Part shown: piece after piece, positions 9,765-18,843 of the stretch
How positions within the stretch are numbered: position 1 is the stretch's first letter
Layout of the letters: every line of letters begins with the position of its first letter
NCBI RefSeq assembly: GCF_003044035.1
Contig: NZ_NVQC01000011.1
Location: forward strand, 29,714-61,713
Source of the DNA: Candidatus Methylomirabilis limnetica
GTDB taxonomy: Bacteria > Methylomirabilota > Methylomirabilia > Methylomirabilales > Methylomirabilaceae
DNA length: 32,000 bases
Reading direction: 5' to 3'
Notes under the pieces: model-generated
The model's input: the letters and a program-made list of their open reading frames with translations, nothing else
The model's database searches: none
Told to the model about the DNA's origin: nothing
Position numbers and translations under genes: made by a program

Positions 9765-10015
9765 ATGTTTTATGGCATAATTGTTCGGATGTATTTTGCC
9801 CCTGGCGAGCACAATCCATCGCATTCCACGTCTACTACAACGAGTATAAGGCATCGGTGGACATTCGCATGTGCGAAATCATTGACGGCAATCTGCCCCG
9901 AAGGCAACAGAAACTGGTCCTGGCGTGGGTAGAACTTCACCAGGAGGAGTTGATGGCAGACTTGAATCTCATCATGAATGTAGAAAACCCGTTCAAGATT
10001 CAACTGCTTCAGTGA
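9765..10015 (+). pseudogene. DUF4160-family protein, frameshifted
   Basis: ATG 9765 gives MFYGIIVRMYFAPGEHNPSH, then the family continuation FHVYYNEYKASVDI...ELHQEEL is in the -1 frame (track ORF 9746..10015). One extra T at 9824-9825 (cattcc to catttcc) would restore ...NPSHFHVYY... Confidence 0.6.
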
Positions 10016-10027
10016 GGAGCAGAGACC

Positions 10028-10273
10028 ATGTACCCGTCTATGTCAAAGGTAGTTCCCAATGAAGACTTTACGCTTGCTATCGCGTTCGATAATGGCGAAC
10101 ACGGTATGCTTGATATGAAACCGTATCTCGAGTTTGGGGTGTTTCGAAGGATAAGAGAGTATGAGCATTTCAAGTGCGTCCGGGTTGCCTTCGACACCAT
10201 TGAATGGGACAGTGGAGTTGATCTCGATCCCGAATTCGTATACGGCAAATGTAAGATGACGACCCACGCATAA
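10028..10273 (+). CDS. DUF2442 domain protein (usual partner of DUF4160)
   Basis: 81 aa. The pattern ...VVPNEDFTLAIAFDNGEHGMLDM..YLEFGVFRRI...F..V.....TIEWDSGVDLDPE is typical of DUF2442. It lies 12 nt downstream of the DUF4160 gene. Confidence 0.7.
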   Translation: MYPSMSKVVPNEDFTLAIAFDNGEHGMLDMKPYLEFGVFRRIREYEHFKCVRVAFDTIEWDSGVDLDPEFVYGKCKMTTHA

Positions 10274-10346
10274 CGATTGGATGTAGACGTTTCGGAAGCC
10301 TATCGACATCCGAAGCGGCTGATTCATACGTTGGGCCGAATAGGGC

Positions 10347-10373
10347 TTGCGAAGATCATAGTGCTACTATAGT
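10347..10373 (+). promoter_or_regulatory. candidate promoter/operator of the Phd-ParE operon
   Basis: TTGCGA-15 nt-TATAGT, embedded in ATAGT/CTACTAT repeats (CATAGTGCTACTATAGTATCACTACTATG). The -10 ends only 9 nt before ATG 10383 and there is no SD, so the mRNA may be leaderless. Confidence 0.35.
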
Positions 10374-10382
10374 ATCACTACT

Positions 10383-10640
10383 ATGCGAACCGAGCTCGTC
10401 ACAACACTGAAGCGCCAAGCCACAGAGCTTCTCTCCGAGCTGGAACGGAACAAGGAGCCGATCCTTATTACGCAGCACGGCGTACCAAGCGCCTACTTGG
10501 TGGACGTCGAAACCTACGAGACCTTGCAGCGTCGGATGAGTCTGCTCGAGGGAATCGCGCGTGGGGAGAAAGCTGTTGAGGAAGGGCGTACGCTCACTCA
10601 TGCGCAGGCCAAGAAGCGCATGAATCGATGGCTGAAGTAA
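10383..10640 (+). CDS. type II antitoxin, Phd/YefM family
   Basis: 85 aa. The N-terminus ...LKRQATELLSELERNKEPILITQHGVPSAYLVDVETYE is typical of Phd/YefM. It overlaps the downstream toxin by 13 nt. Confidence 0.88.
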   Translation: MRTELVTTLKRQATELLSELERNKEPILITQHGVPSAYLVDVETYETLQRRMSLLEGIARGEKAVEEGRTLTHAQAKKRMNRWLK

Positions 10641-10948
10641 TTTGGTCCGAGCCTGCGCTTAGCGACCTGGATGCCATCGCCGACTACATCGCATTGGACA
10701 ATTCGGAAGCGGCTAAGATGTTAGTTCGGGACGTATTTCGGCACGTGGGTCAGCTTGCTGATCATCCCAAGAGCGGTTCCAAGCCACAGGAACTAAAGGG
10801 GTGGCGCTACAGACAGATCGTCGAGCCGCCATGCCGGATCTTCTATCGGGAAGAGGGTTCGCGTGTCTATATTCTGCATGCCATGCGAGGCGAACGGTTG
10901 CTTCGACCTTCTGTTGTTGCAACACGCAGCAAGGTGTCAACCAAGTAA
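10628..10948 (+). CDS. type II toxin, RelE/ParE family
   Basis: 106 aa. W.E.AL.DLD.I..YIA..N..AA pattern and C-terminal RIFYREEGSRVYILHAMRGERLL. Confidence 0.85.
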   Translation: MAEVIWSEPALSDLDAIADYIALDNSEAAKMLVRDVFRHVGQLADHPKSGSKPQELKGWRYRQIVEPPCRIFYREEGSRVYILHAMRGERLLRPSVVATRSKVSTK

Positions 10949-11171
10949 AGTCCAACAGCCGGTTCCAGGCGACACTCCTACTCTCATGAGTGTGATCTTG
11001 TCGAGCGCTGCCGCTCGGGTCTGGCCACGCGCTCATTTTCGGCAGACTTCCGTGTCTCCGCTATCACGGCGTATCGCTAATCGCTCTGAGTGTGGCACCA
11101 GCGGAACTCGTCCTGGCCGGACGCTTCAACTTAACGCTTCGCCGGCATGACGTGAAGCCCGACTCACCGCG

Positions 11172-12422
11172 ATGAAGCGCGTTGTCGTAATTGGAGCAGG
11201 GGCGGCGGGGACCATGGCCGCGATCTTTGCGGCCTCTAGCGGCGCCGAGACGTTGCTCCTCGAGCGCACGAAGGACGGCGGACGCAAAATTCTCATTAGC
11301 GGGGGCGGCCGGTGCAACATTCTGCCTGCCATCGTTCATGAGTCGCGCTTCGTTACCGATTCTTCACCCCACACCCTTCGAAAGATGCTCCGCTCCTGGC
11401 CGCTAGGCGAGCAGATCGCGTTCTTCGAAGGCGAAGCCGGGATCCCCCTGATGGAAGAACCAGAGTCGTCTAAGCTGTTTCCACAATCTGAGAGTGCGTG
11501 CGATGTTCGCGACAGGTTGCTGGCGCTCGCACGTGCCAGAGGCGTCTTAATCGAGACCGGCGCGTTGGTCGACGGATTGCTCCCTACTGGCAACGGCTGG
11601 CAGATCGAGCGGCAGGGAGGACCTTCTCTGCAGGCCGATGCCGTCGTTATCGCCACGGGGGGCCGCTCCGTCCCCAGCACGGGAAGCGATGGCCTTGGGC
11701 TCGATATCGTCGCGACGCTGGGACACACGATCAACCGAACCTACCCCGCGCTGACTCCGCTGACGGTGACGGTCCGGCTAAAGTCGGACACTGCGGGTAG
11801 CGCGCCGTTCGCCAAGCTCTCGGGAATCTCGCTGCCGGTCACACTAACCGCCCACGCGGGAACCTTGAAGTCCACGTCGACAGGAGGATTTCTTTTCACC
11901 CATCACGGCTACAGCGGGCCCGCCGTACTCGATGTGTCTCATGTTGCCGTGCGCTCACGCGCCGAGATGGACTCTCCCGCACGTCTCGTTGTGAACTGGA
12001 CGTCATTGAACGATAAGGATTGGGAATCGGCTCTCGGTCCACGTGGTTCTCGAACGGTGTTGAACGCTGTGGCGGCTCATTTACCTCGTCGACTCGCCGA
12101 AGCGCTGATCGAGTTCGTCAGGATTGATCTCTATCAACCACTCTCGCAACTGACCCGCGATGAGCGGCTCCGTCTCATCGAAATCCTCGTGCGCGGTGAA
12201 CTACCGTGGTCGGGAGACGAGGGGTACAGGAAAGCCGAAGTCACCGGCGGTGGCGTGCGTCTGTCGGAGATCGATCCGGAGACGATGGAAAGCAAGATTC
12301 ACAAGGGTTTGTTTCTGTGCGGCGAGATGCTCGACGCTTTCGGACCGATCGGCGGCTACAACTTCCTCTGGGCGTGGGCGACGGGGCGCGCGGCCGGTCT
12401 CGGCGCATCACACACGCAATAG
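11172..12422 (+). CDS. HI0933/YhiN (BaiN-like) family NAD(P)/FAD-dependent flavoprotein
   Basis: 416 aa. VVVIGAGAAGTMAA dinucleotide fold, the family-typical ISGGGRCNI motif, and C-terminal CGEMLDAFGPIGGYNF. Confidence 0.85.
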   Translation: MKRVVVIGAGAAGTMAAIFAASSGAETLLLERTKDGGRKILISGGGRCNILPAIVHESRFVTDSSPHTLRKMLRSWPLGEQIAFFEGEAGIPLMEEPESSKLFPQSESACDVRDRLLALARARGVLIETGALVDGLLPTGNGWQIERQGGPSLQADAVVIATGGRSVPSTGSDGLGLDIVATLGHTINRTYPALTPLTVTVRLKSDTAGSAPFAKLSGISLPVTLTAHAGTLKSTSTGGFLFTHHGYSGPAVLDVSHVAVRSRAEMDSPARLVVNWTSLNDKDWESALGPRGSRTVLNAVAAHLPRRLAEALIEFVRIDLYQPLSQLTRDERLRLIEILVRGELPWSGDEGYRKAEVTGGGVRLSEIDPETMESKIHKGLFLCGEMLDAFGPIGGYNFLWAWATGRAAGLGASHTQ

Positions 12423-12467
12423 GTCTTCACTCATGCAATCTCTCAAGCTGCAAGGCTAGGTTCACCG

Positions 12468-14375
12468 ATGGCACTCGTTTCGCTCGATCACGTCTCCATC
12501 GCGTTCGGACACGTCCCGCTACTCGACGACGCAAGTCTGCAGGTCGAAGCCGGCGAACGTGTGTGCGTGATCGGCCGGAACGGCACCGGCAAATCCACAT
12601 TGCTCCAGATCCTCAGTGGAGATCAGACCCCCGATAGCGGCTCCGTGTGGCGACAGCCTGACATTGGGGTCGCGCGGCTCGTGCAGGATGTTCCCCTGGC
12701 GTCCAACCGGCCCGTCTTCGACGTCGTCGCGGAAGGGCTCGGCAACCTCGGCGAGTTGGTGGCCGCCTACCATCACGCGGCGGTAGAGGTGGCCGAACGA
12801 TGCACCGACATCTCGCTCGAAAAGCTGGGCACGCTGCAGCATGAACTCGAAAAGCGTGACGGGTGGCGCCTTGAGCAGCGAGTGGAAACCGTGATCGAGC
12901 GTCTGGACCTCTCGGCCAATGCCATCGTCGACACCTTGTCAGGCGGCTGGCGGCGGCGCGTACTGCTGGCACGGGCGCTGGTGGCCCAGCCGCAGCTCCT
13001 TCTGCTCGACGAACCCACGAACCATCTCGACATCGAAGCCATGAGCTGGCTCGAAGAATTTCTCAAGACGTACGCAGGTGCGGTGGTGTTTGTTACCCAC
13101 GACCGGGTATTTCTCCAGAATCTGGCAACACGGATCGTAGAAATGGATCGCGGCAAATTGACGTCGTGGCCAGGCGACTACGAGACCTTTCTCCACAAGA
13201 AGGAGGAATGGCTCGCGAACGAAGCCGTCCAGAACGATAAGTTCGACAAGCGTCTGGCTGAGGAAGAGGTGTGGCTTCGCCAGGGCGTGAAGGCGCGACG
13301 TACGCGGAATGAAGGGCGGGTTCGCGCACTGGAGGCCATGCGAAAGGAGCGGGCCGCCCGGCGAGCGCTGATCGGCAATGTGCGTCTGCAGGGTGAGATC
13401 GGCGAACGTTCCGGCCAGCTCGTGTTCGAGGCCACCGGTATCTCGAAGTCGTTCGGCGAAAAGGCCGTCGTCCGAGATTTGTCGTTACGTGTGATGCGCG
13501 GCGATCGTGTGGGGTTGATCGGGCCGAATGGATCAGGCAAGACGACCCTGCTTCGAATGTTGATTGGCGAACTTACGCCCGACACGGGTGAAGTTGAGTG
13601 CGGCACTAACGTCCAGGTGGCGTATTACGATCAGCAACGCGAGCAACTCGATCCCAAGCGCACGGTGTTTGACACGGTCGGTGATGGAAACGACACGGTC
13701 ACGGTGAACGGTCGCACGCAGCACATCCACGGATATCTTCGCGATTTTCTGTTTCCACCTGAGCGAGCGTACGCCAAGGTAAAGGCATTGTCGGGCGGAG
13801 AGCGAAATCGCTTGCTGTTGGCACGCCTGTTCACGCGACCCGCCAACGTCCTTATCCTCGATGAGCCCACAAACGATCTCGACATCGAGACATTGGAATT
13901 GCTCGAATCGCATCTCATCGAGTGGCCGGGAACGCTGCTGCTCGTCAGCCACGATCGCGCGTTTATCGATCACGTCGTCACGAGCACGCTCGTCTTCGAA
14001 AGCGGCGGACATGTGCAGGAGTATGTCGGGGGATACGAGGACTGGCTGCGGCAGCGCGGCACCCGGGAGACGGCGGCCGAGCCGCAGCCGGCGATAGCGG
14101 AACGCACTGCGGAACCACTGGTGACGATGGCGACCCGGAAGAAACCGACGTATCGCGAGCAAAAGGAACTCGATCAGTTGCCGGTGCAGATCGAAGCCCT
14201 GGAACGGGAGCAAGCGCAATTGACCGCCTCGATCGCCGACCCCCACTTTTACCGTCAGCCGGCCGATTCCATCACAGAAGCGCTCGCGCGTCTCGAAATT
14301 CTGAAAAATGAGCTTCACGACACCTATGCTCGCTGGGAGAAGCTTGATTCCCGTATCACAGGCGAGCGCGCGTGA
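12468..14375 (+). CDS. uup: ABC-F family ATPase, Uup-like
   Basis: 635 aa with no TMD. Two NBDs (Walker A GRNGTGKST / GPNGSGKTT; signatures LSGGWRRR / LSGGERNR), an inter-domain linker and a C-terminal coiled-coil extension. Confidence 0.85.
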   Translation: MALVSLDHVSIAFGHVPLLDDASLQVEAGERVCVIGRNGTGKSTLLQILSGDQTPDSGSVWRQPDIGVARLVQDVPLASNRPVFDVVAEGLGNLGELVAAYHHAAVEVAERCTDISLEKLGTLQHELEKRDGWRLEQRVETVIERLDLSANAIVDTLSGGWRRRVLLARALVAQPQLLLLDEPTNHLDIEAMSWLEEFLKTYAGAVVFVTHDRVFLQNLATRIVEMDRGKLTSWPGDYETFLHKKEEWLANEAVQNDKFDKRLAEEEVWLRQGVKARRTRNEGRVRALEAMRKERAARRALIGNVRLQGEIGERSGQLVFEATGISKSFGEKAVVRDLSLRVMRGDRVGLIGPNGSGKTTLLRMLIGELTPDTGEVECGTNVQVAYYDQQREQLDPKRTVFDTVGDGNDTVTVNGRTQHIHGYLRDFLFPPERAYAKVKALSGGERNRLLLARLFTRPANVLILDEPTNDLDIETLELLESHLIEWPGTLLLVSHDRAFIDHVVTSTLVFESGGHVQEYVGGYEDWLRQRGTRETAAEPQPAIAERTAEPLVTMATRKKPTYREQKELDQLPVQIEALEREQAQLTASIADPHFYRQPADSITEALARLEILKNELHDTYARWEKLDSRITGERA

Positions 14376-14447
14376 GGGGCTCACTAAGCTTTTGGAGGCG
14401 TTGCATATCCTGGAAATATTTGTCATTCCTGCTATAATAGGAGAATC

Positions 14448-16046
14448 ATGATATCAGTAGACGGCGTGTGCATGCGGTTCGGCTCGAAAGTCCTGTTTGA
14501 AGGCGTCACGACCACATTTTCCGCAGGGCGGCGCTACGGCCTTACGGGCCCCAACGGTGCCGGCAAGTCGACTTTCATGAAACTGCTTACCGGAGAGATC
14601 GATGCGCAGCGGGGCACGGTGTCCAAGCCTCGTAAGCTCGGTGTCCTCAGTCAGGACCAATACGCGTTCGACCAGTTCCGCGTGATCGACACCGTCATCA
14701 TGGGCAACAAACGCCTGTGGGCAGCCCTTCAGGAGCGCGACGAACTCTACGCGCAGCCGGAGATGACTCACGAGGCCGGCATGCGTCTCGGCGAGCTCGA
14801 GGGCATCGTCGGCGACGAAGACGGCTACTCGGCGGATAGTGACGCGGCCGTGCTGCTGCAGGGGCTCGACATTGCCTACGAAAGCCACGACGTGAAGATG
14901 TCGGAATTACAGGGCGGGCAGAAGGTGCGCGTGTTGCTGGCGCAGGCCTTGTTCGGCCACCCGGAAGCGCTGTTGCTCGACGAGCCGACGAACCACCTGG
15001 ATCTGGATTCGATTCATTGGCTGGAGGAACTCCTTGGCCGGTACGACGGCACGCTCATCGTCATCTCGCACGACCGCCATTTCCTGAACAACATCTGCAC
15101 GCATATCGCCGACATAGACTATCAGACTATCATCACCTATACCGGTGGCTACGACGACATGGTTGTCGCCAAGACGCAGATTCGATCGAAGATCGAGTCG
15201 GAGAACGTGCAACGGGGAAAGAAGATCGAGCAGTTGCAGGAATTCATCCGGCGATTCGGGGCGGGCACGCGGGCGAGCCAGGTCACATCGCGGCGCAAGG
15301 AGGTCGAACGGCTGCGGCTGACCGATTTGGCCCGTTCGAACATTCAGCGTCCGTACATCAAATTCTCGATGAAACGGCCGTCTGGAAAGGTTGCGCTGGA
15401 ATTCGAGCAACTGTCGAAGGGCTTCACTAACAGTCCTGTCATTTCCGACTTCAGCGCCATCGTCAATCGTGGTGAAAAGATCGTGCTCGTCGGCCGCAAT
15501 GGGGCCGGCAAAACCACCATGCTAAAGGCGCTGCTGGCCGATGCGCCCAACTTTCCGGCATCCCCTTCCGATGTAGACAGCGGCAAGGTGAGGTGGGGGC
15601 ACGAAGCGTCGATCGGCTACTTTCCACAGGACCACACAGGAGAGATCGAGAAGGGGCGTACGGCGGCGGACTGGCTGCACAGCTACGATCCGGATGCGTC
15701 ACGGCAGGACATTCACGGGCTGCTGGGACAGATGCTGTTCAGCGGCGAAGAAGGCCACAAGCCGACCGAAGCACTGTCCGGCGGCGAGACCGCCAGGCTG
15801 CTGTTCTGCCGCATCATGCTGCTGAAACCGAACGTGCTAGTCCTGGACGAGCCCACCAACCATCTCGATCTGGAATCCATCAACGCGCTGAACGTGGCGC
15901 TTCAGAAGTTCGAGGGCACCGTGCTGCTGGTCACGCACGACCAGGACCTGCTCGAAGAAGTGGGCACGCGGATGTGGCACTTCGAGCACGGCAAGATTGT
16001 GGATTTCAAGGGAAGCTACGAGGAATACTCTTCGTCGCCGGCCTGA
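14448..16046 (+). CDS. ybiT: ABC-F family ATPase, YbiT-like
   Basis: 532 aa. Collinear by eye with E. coli YbiT (FGSK.LFE...RYGL.G.NG.GKSTFMK.L.G, VIMG...LW, ISHDRHFLN..CTH.AD.DY). AGGAG RBS before ATG 14448. Confidence 0.82.
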   Translation: MISVDGVCMRFGSKVLFEGVTTTFSAGRRYGLTGPNGAGKSTFMKLLTGEIDAQRGTVSKPRKLGVLSQDQYAFDQFRVIDTVIMGNKRLWAALQERDELYAQPEMTHEAGMRLGELEGIVGDEDGYSADSDAAVLLQGLDIAYESHDVKMSELQGGQKVRVLLAQALFGHPEALLLDEPTNHLDLDSIHWLEELLGRYDGTLIVISHDRHFLNNICTHIADIDYQTIITYTGGYDDMVVAKTQIRSKIESENVQRGKKIEQLQEFIRRFGAGTRASQVTSRRKEVERLRLTDLARSNIQRPYIKFSMKRPSGKVALEFEQLSKGFTNSPVISDFSAIVNRGEKIVLVGRNGAGKTTMLKALLADAPNFPASPSDVDSGKVRWGHEASIGYFPQDHTGEIEKGRTAADWLHSYDPDASRQDIHGLLGQMLFSGEEGHKPTEALSGGETARLLFCRIMLLKPNVLVLDEPTNHLDLESINALNVALQKFEGTVLLVTHDQDLLEEVGTRMWHFEHGKIVDFKGSYEEYSSSPA

Positions 16047-16113
16047 CGCACTTCTTCGGCGAAATGGCACGCCGACCAGTGTCCGAGAATCGGGGGGGGC
16101 GTGGGGCGCGTAC

Positions 16114-17106
16114 ATGAATAGTGGCCTTCATTCCTCTCGAAGCATCGCCATCCTGGGCGGCGGAGCGGCGGGCATGTCCTGCGCGCTATGGTTGAAGCAT
16201 CTGGGTTTCTCGCCTGTTATCATCGAGCCAGGCCCGGCGCTGGGCGGGCAATTGTTAAGGATAAACCGGATAAACCGGTGGATATTGGGCATCCCGGGAC
16301 AGACGGGGCCTGCGCTCGCTGAGCTGTACGGCAGGCATGTTGTAGATGAAGCCATCGAAGTCCGCCTTGGTGTCCGGCCCGTATCCGTTATGGTGGAAGA
16401 TTCCAGTTTCAGCCTGGTCGTACGGGAAGGCGAGAATCGCACGGCATCGCTGTCTGTGCGGGCACTTGTCATTGCTACGGGATTGCGGGTAAAATCATCG
16501 GAACTCCTGCACCCAATCCCGGGAGCCCTGTCGCTTTATGAATCCGGCCTCTTATCGTTTTTCCCTCTGGACCATCTCGAACCTATGGAAGCCCTTGAGG
16601 GAAAACGGGTGGCTGTGATAGGCGGCGGCGACAACGCTCATTTCACCGCCAAGGATCTGGCCTCCAGAACTGCCCTCACCCATTTGATAATCCGCTCGCG
16701 GCCCACGGCGCAGCCCATGGTGCGTAAAGACGTGGAAGCGCTTATCCAACAGGGGCGCATCCAGGAACATAGCGGCGCGCTCATCACCGGTTTTCATCAA
16801 GGATCCGCCGGCATCGCCATTGCATTGGCCCGAAACGATTGCAAGGCTGAACGCATCGAGGTTGACCGGATTTTCGCCCGCACTGGCTTCGCGCCGAATA
16901 CGGAATTCCTCGTCGGGCTCGGCCCCTTGGCCGGGCTGGAAAGGAATGGCGAGGGCTATGTGCGGGTCGATGCCTCGAAGCGCGCGTCGCTCCCTTTCGT
17001 GTACGCCATAGGCGATGTCGCCAACCCCGACCATCCCTCCGTGGTCACCGCTATTGCCGACGGCGCAGTGGCGGCGATGGCCATCGCTCAAGACGTGGGA
17101 GCATAG
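16114..17106 (+). CDS. NAD(P)/FAD-dependent oxidoreductase, thioredoxin-reductase-like
   Basis: 330 aa from ATG 16114. IAILGGGAAGMSCA and VIGGGDNA dinucleotide motifs, plus C-terminal YAIGDVAN. The longer track ORF (15997) overlaps ybiT and adds no family-like sequence. Confidence 0.75.
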   Translation: MNSGLHSSRSIAILGGGAAGMSCALWLKHLGFSPVIIEPGPALGGQLLRINRINRWILGIPGQTGPALAELYGRHVVDEAIEVRLGVRPVSVMVEDSSFSLVVREGENRTASLSVRALVIATGLRVKSSELLHPIPGALSLYESGLLSFFPLDHLEPMEALEGKRVAVIGGGDNAHFTAKDLASRTALTHLIIRSRPTAQPMVRKDVEALIQQGRIQEHSGALITGFHQGSAGIAIALARNDCKAERIEVDRIFARTGFAPNTEFLVGLGPLAGLERNGEGYVRVDASKRASLPFVYAIGDVANPDHPSVVTAIADGAVAAMAIAQDVGA

Positions 17107-17108
17107 GC

Positions 17109-18074
17109 ATGGGCGTTGACACGCCGCTGGTCTGGATTGTGGACAGCGCCTACACCGGCGAGTTAAATGCCCGCCTCGGCGTGGCCGAGCGGCTGGGCTA
17201 CGACTACGAGATAATTCCGTTGCCCAACGGCGACATCGGGGCCTACGCCAGGCTGCTGGATAATCGCTATGGCGATGCCTGCCGGGATGGCAAACCCAGA
17301 CCTGTGATCCTGTTGAGCGGGACCGGAGAAGACACGATCGGTCCTATCGCGGATATTAAGGCTTTATTCCAAGGGCGGCTGCTGAACGTGTACCTGGCGT
17401 CCATCCTTCCGGACGAACTCGATATGCGCCTTCTGGAGTACGATTTGGTCGCCTCCCCCCAGTTGAGCGGCGCCAATATCGTCACCACTGTGGGCGTGGT
17501 GCACAAGATGACGGACCGCCTGCTGGACCACGCTTTCCACCGGCACAGGGATATGTTCGCCGACGTTGCCCGGCCCCTGGTGTGCTTACTGCTGGGCGGC
17601 AACACCCGCTATTGCTTCGGCTTCAACGAAGGCTATGCTCGCGGTTTGGGCAGGCGGGTCGCGAGCATCGTCGCATCGCTCAAGGGGAGCCTGGTGGTCA
17701 CCAATAGCCGCCGAACCCCGAAAGAAGCTCTGGCCGCCTTGCTGGACGAGGTCGCGGGCCCGGATCGCAGCTTTTTCGACTGGCAACAAATCGACCCCGA
17801 TGTTTATCCCGCGCTGCTAGCCCATAGCGATGTGTTTGTCGCTACAGGGGATTCAGTCTCCATGTGCTCCGAAGCAAGTTACACAGGCAAGCCACTGTTG
17901 GTTGACATGAGGAACTGTACAACTGAGATCTACCATCGCAATATCATCGGCACGCTCATTGCTTATGGCGCAGCCAAGCCGCTGAGCGACACGTTCGAAA
18001 CCTGGACGTATACCCCACCCGATCCTACCGGGGCCGTGGTCGCAGCAATCCACGAGAGGTTGGTGGAGAAATAG
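17109..18074 (+). CDS. ELM1/DUF1022 family protein (predicted glycosyltransferase-like fold)
   Basis: 321 aa. VWIVDSAYTGELN, LLGGNTRY, VTNSRRTP and TGDSVSMCSEASYTGKPL match the conserved blocks I recall for PF06258. The start is 2 nt after the preceding stop. Confidence 0.6.
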   Translation: MGVDTPLVWIVDSAYTGELNARLGVAERLGYDYEIIPLPNGDIGAYARLLDNRYGDACRDGKPRPVILLSGTGEDTIGPIADIKALFQGRLLNVYLASILPDELDMRLLEYDLVASPQLSGANIVTTVGVVHKMTDRLLDHAFHRHRDMFADVARPLVCLLLGGNTRYCFGFNEGYARGLGRRVASIVASLKGSLVVTNSRRTPKEALAALLDEVAGPDRSFFDWQQIDPDVYPALLAHSDVFVATGDSVSMCSEASYTGKPLLVDMRNCTTEIYHRNIIGTLIAYGAAKPLSDTFETWTYTPPDPTGAVVAAIHERLVEK

Positions 18075-18107
18075 CCGTTCCTCCGAATTGTGGCTTATGC
18101 TGTACCG

Positions 18108-18141
18108 TAACTACTCAGGTGTTTAGGCTGAAGGCTGAAGG
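18108..18141 (+). repeat. dispersed repeat copy B (TAACTACTCAGGTGTTTAG-GCTGAAGGCTGAAGG)
   Basis: 32/34 match to the reverse complement of 6515-6548. It begins 34 nt after the ELM1-family stop. Confidence 0.8.
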
Positions 18142-18196
18142 CTGTTAGGCAGCGTCAAAGAATAACATGTACATATTCATGATCCGACAAATGCAC

Positions 18197-18240
18197 AAAC
18201 CCCCTCTTTCCCCCTTTCGAAAGGGGGATGAAGGGGGTTT
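18197..18240. repeat. nested GC palindrome (AAACCCCCT..TCCCCCTTTCGAAAGGGGGA..AGGGGGTTT)
   Basis: A perfect 20-nt inner palindrome sits inside a 9-bp outer inverted repeat. Related palindromes lie at 24148-24194. Confidence 0.7.
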
Positions 18241-18449
18241 GTTGCTTTGGTAGATGTAAATGTTAATTGTTGACGCCCTCTTAGAATCTCGCTGACAAAG
18301 ACGTCGAGAGTGCTTCGAGGACGTTCCGGGCGTATTGGAGGTGTTTGGTGGTGACACCCACCGATCGCATCTGCTACTCTCTATGTTCAAAGAAGGGCTG
18401 TCGACGCGACAGTTCGGTGCGACTCAATTCTACGAAAGGAGAAACAGTA

Positions 18450-18572
18450 ATGGGTGAAAGTGGAAAAAAAGATAAAGGCAAAAGGGAAACGCAGAAAAAG
18501 GCCCTGCTTGATCCAAAGGCAAAACGAAAAGTGAAACAAGAAAAGAAGAGCAAGCCTGGCTCTTCCAGGTGA
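18450..18572 (+). CDS. hypothetical small lysine-rich protein (40 aa)
   Basis: MGESGKKDKGKRETQKKALLDPKAKRKVKQEKKSKPGSSR. AAAGGAG lies 8 nt upstream of the ATG, and a hairpin lies 13 nt after the stop. No family recognised. Confidence 0.35.
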   Translation: MGESGKKDKGKRETQKKALLDPKAKRKVKQEKKSKPGSSR

Positions 18573-18584
18573 TAATGAACTTCT

Positions 18585-18602
18585 CCCGCAGCAAGCTGCG
18601 GG
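18585..18602 (+). terminator. possible intrinsic terminator hairpin
   Basis: CCCGCAG-caag-CTGCGGG followed by a moderately T-rich tail (gtatcgtcttctgttc). Confidence 0.35.
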
Positions 18603-18843
18603 GTATCGTCTTCTGTTCTGGCCCGTCATTCCGTGCTTGACACGCCTGCCCCGTACTGGATACGGCGGAATCCAGCCGGGCTCTCTGGATACCGGCTTCC
18701 GCCGGTATGACGAACTCGCGGTAAGCCGCGGGGAATGAACCCCCAGTAGATTCAATCAAGCGAGGAGGCTACCAATTCCTGCGTAAGTAAGGCCGCATCG
18801 TGACGCGTACGCACACGTGGGAGCATGAAAGGAGCCTTCGCCA

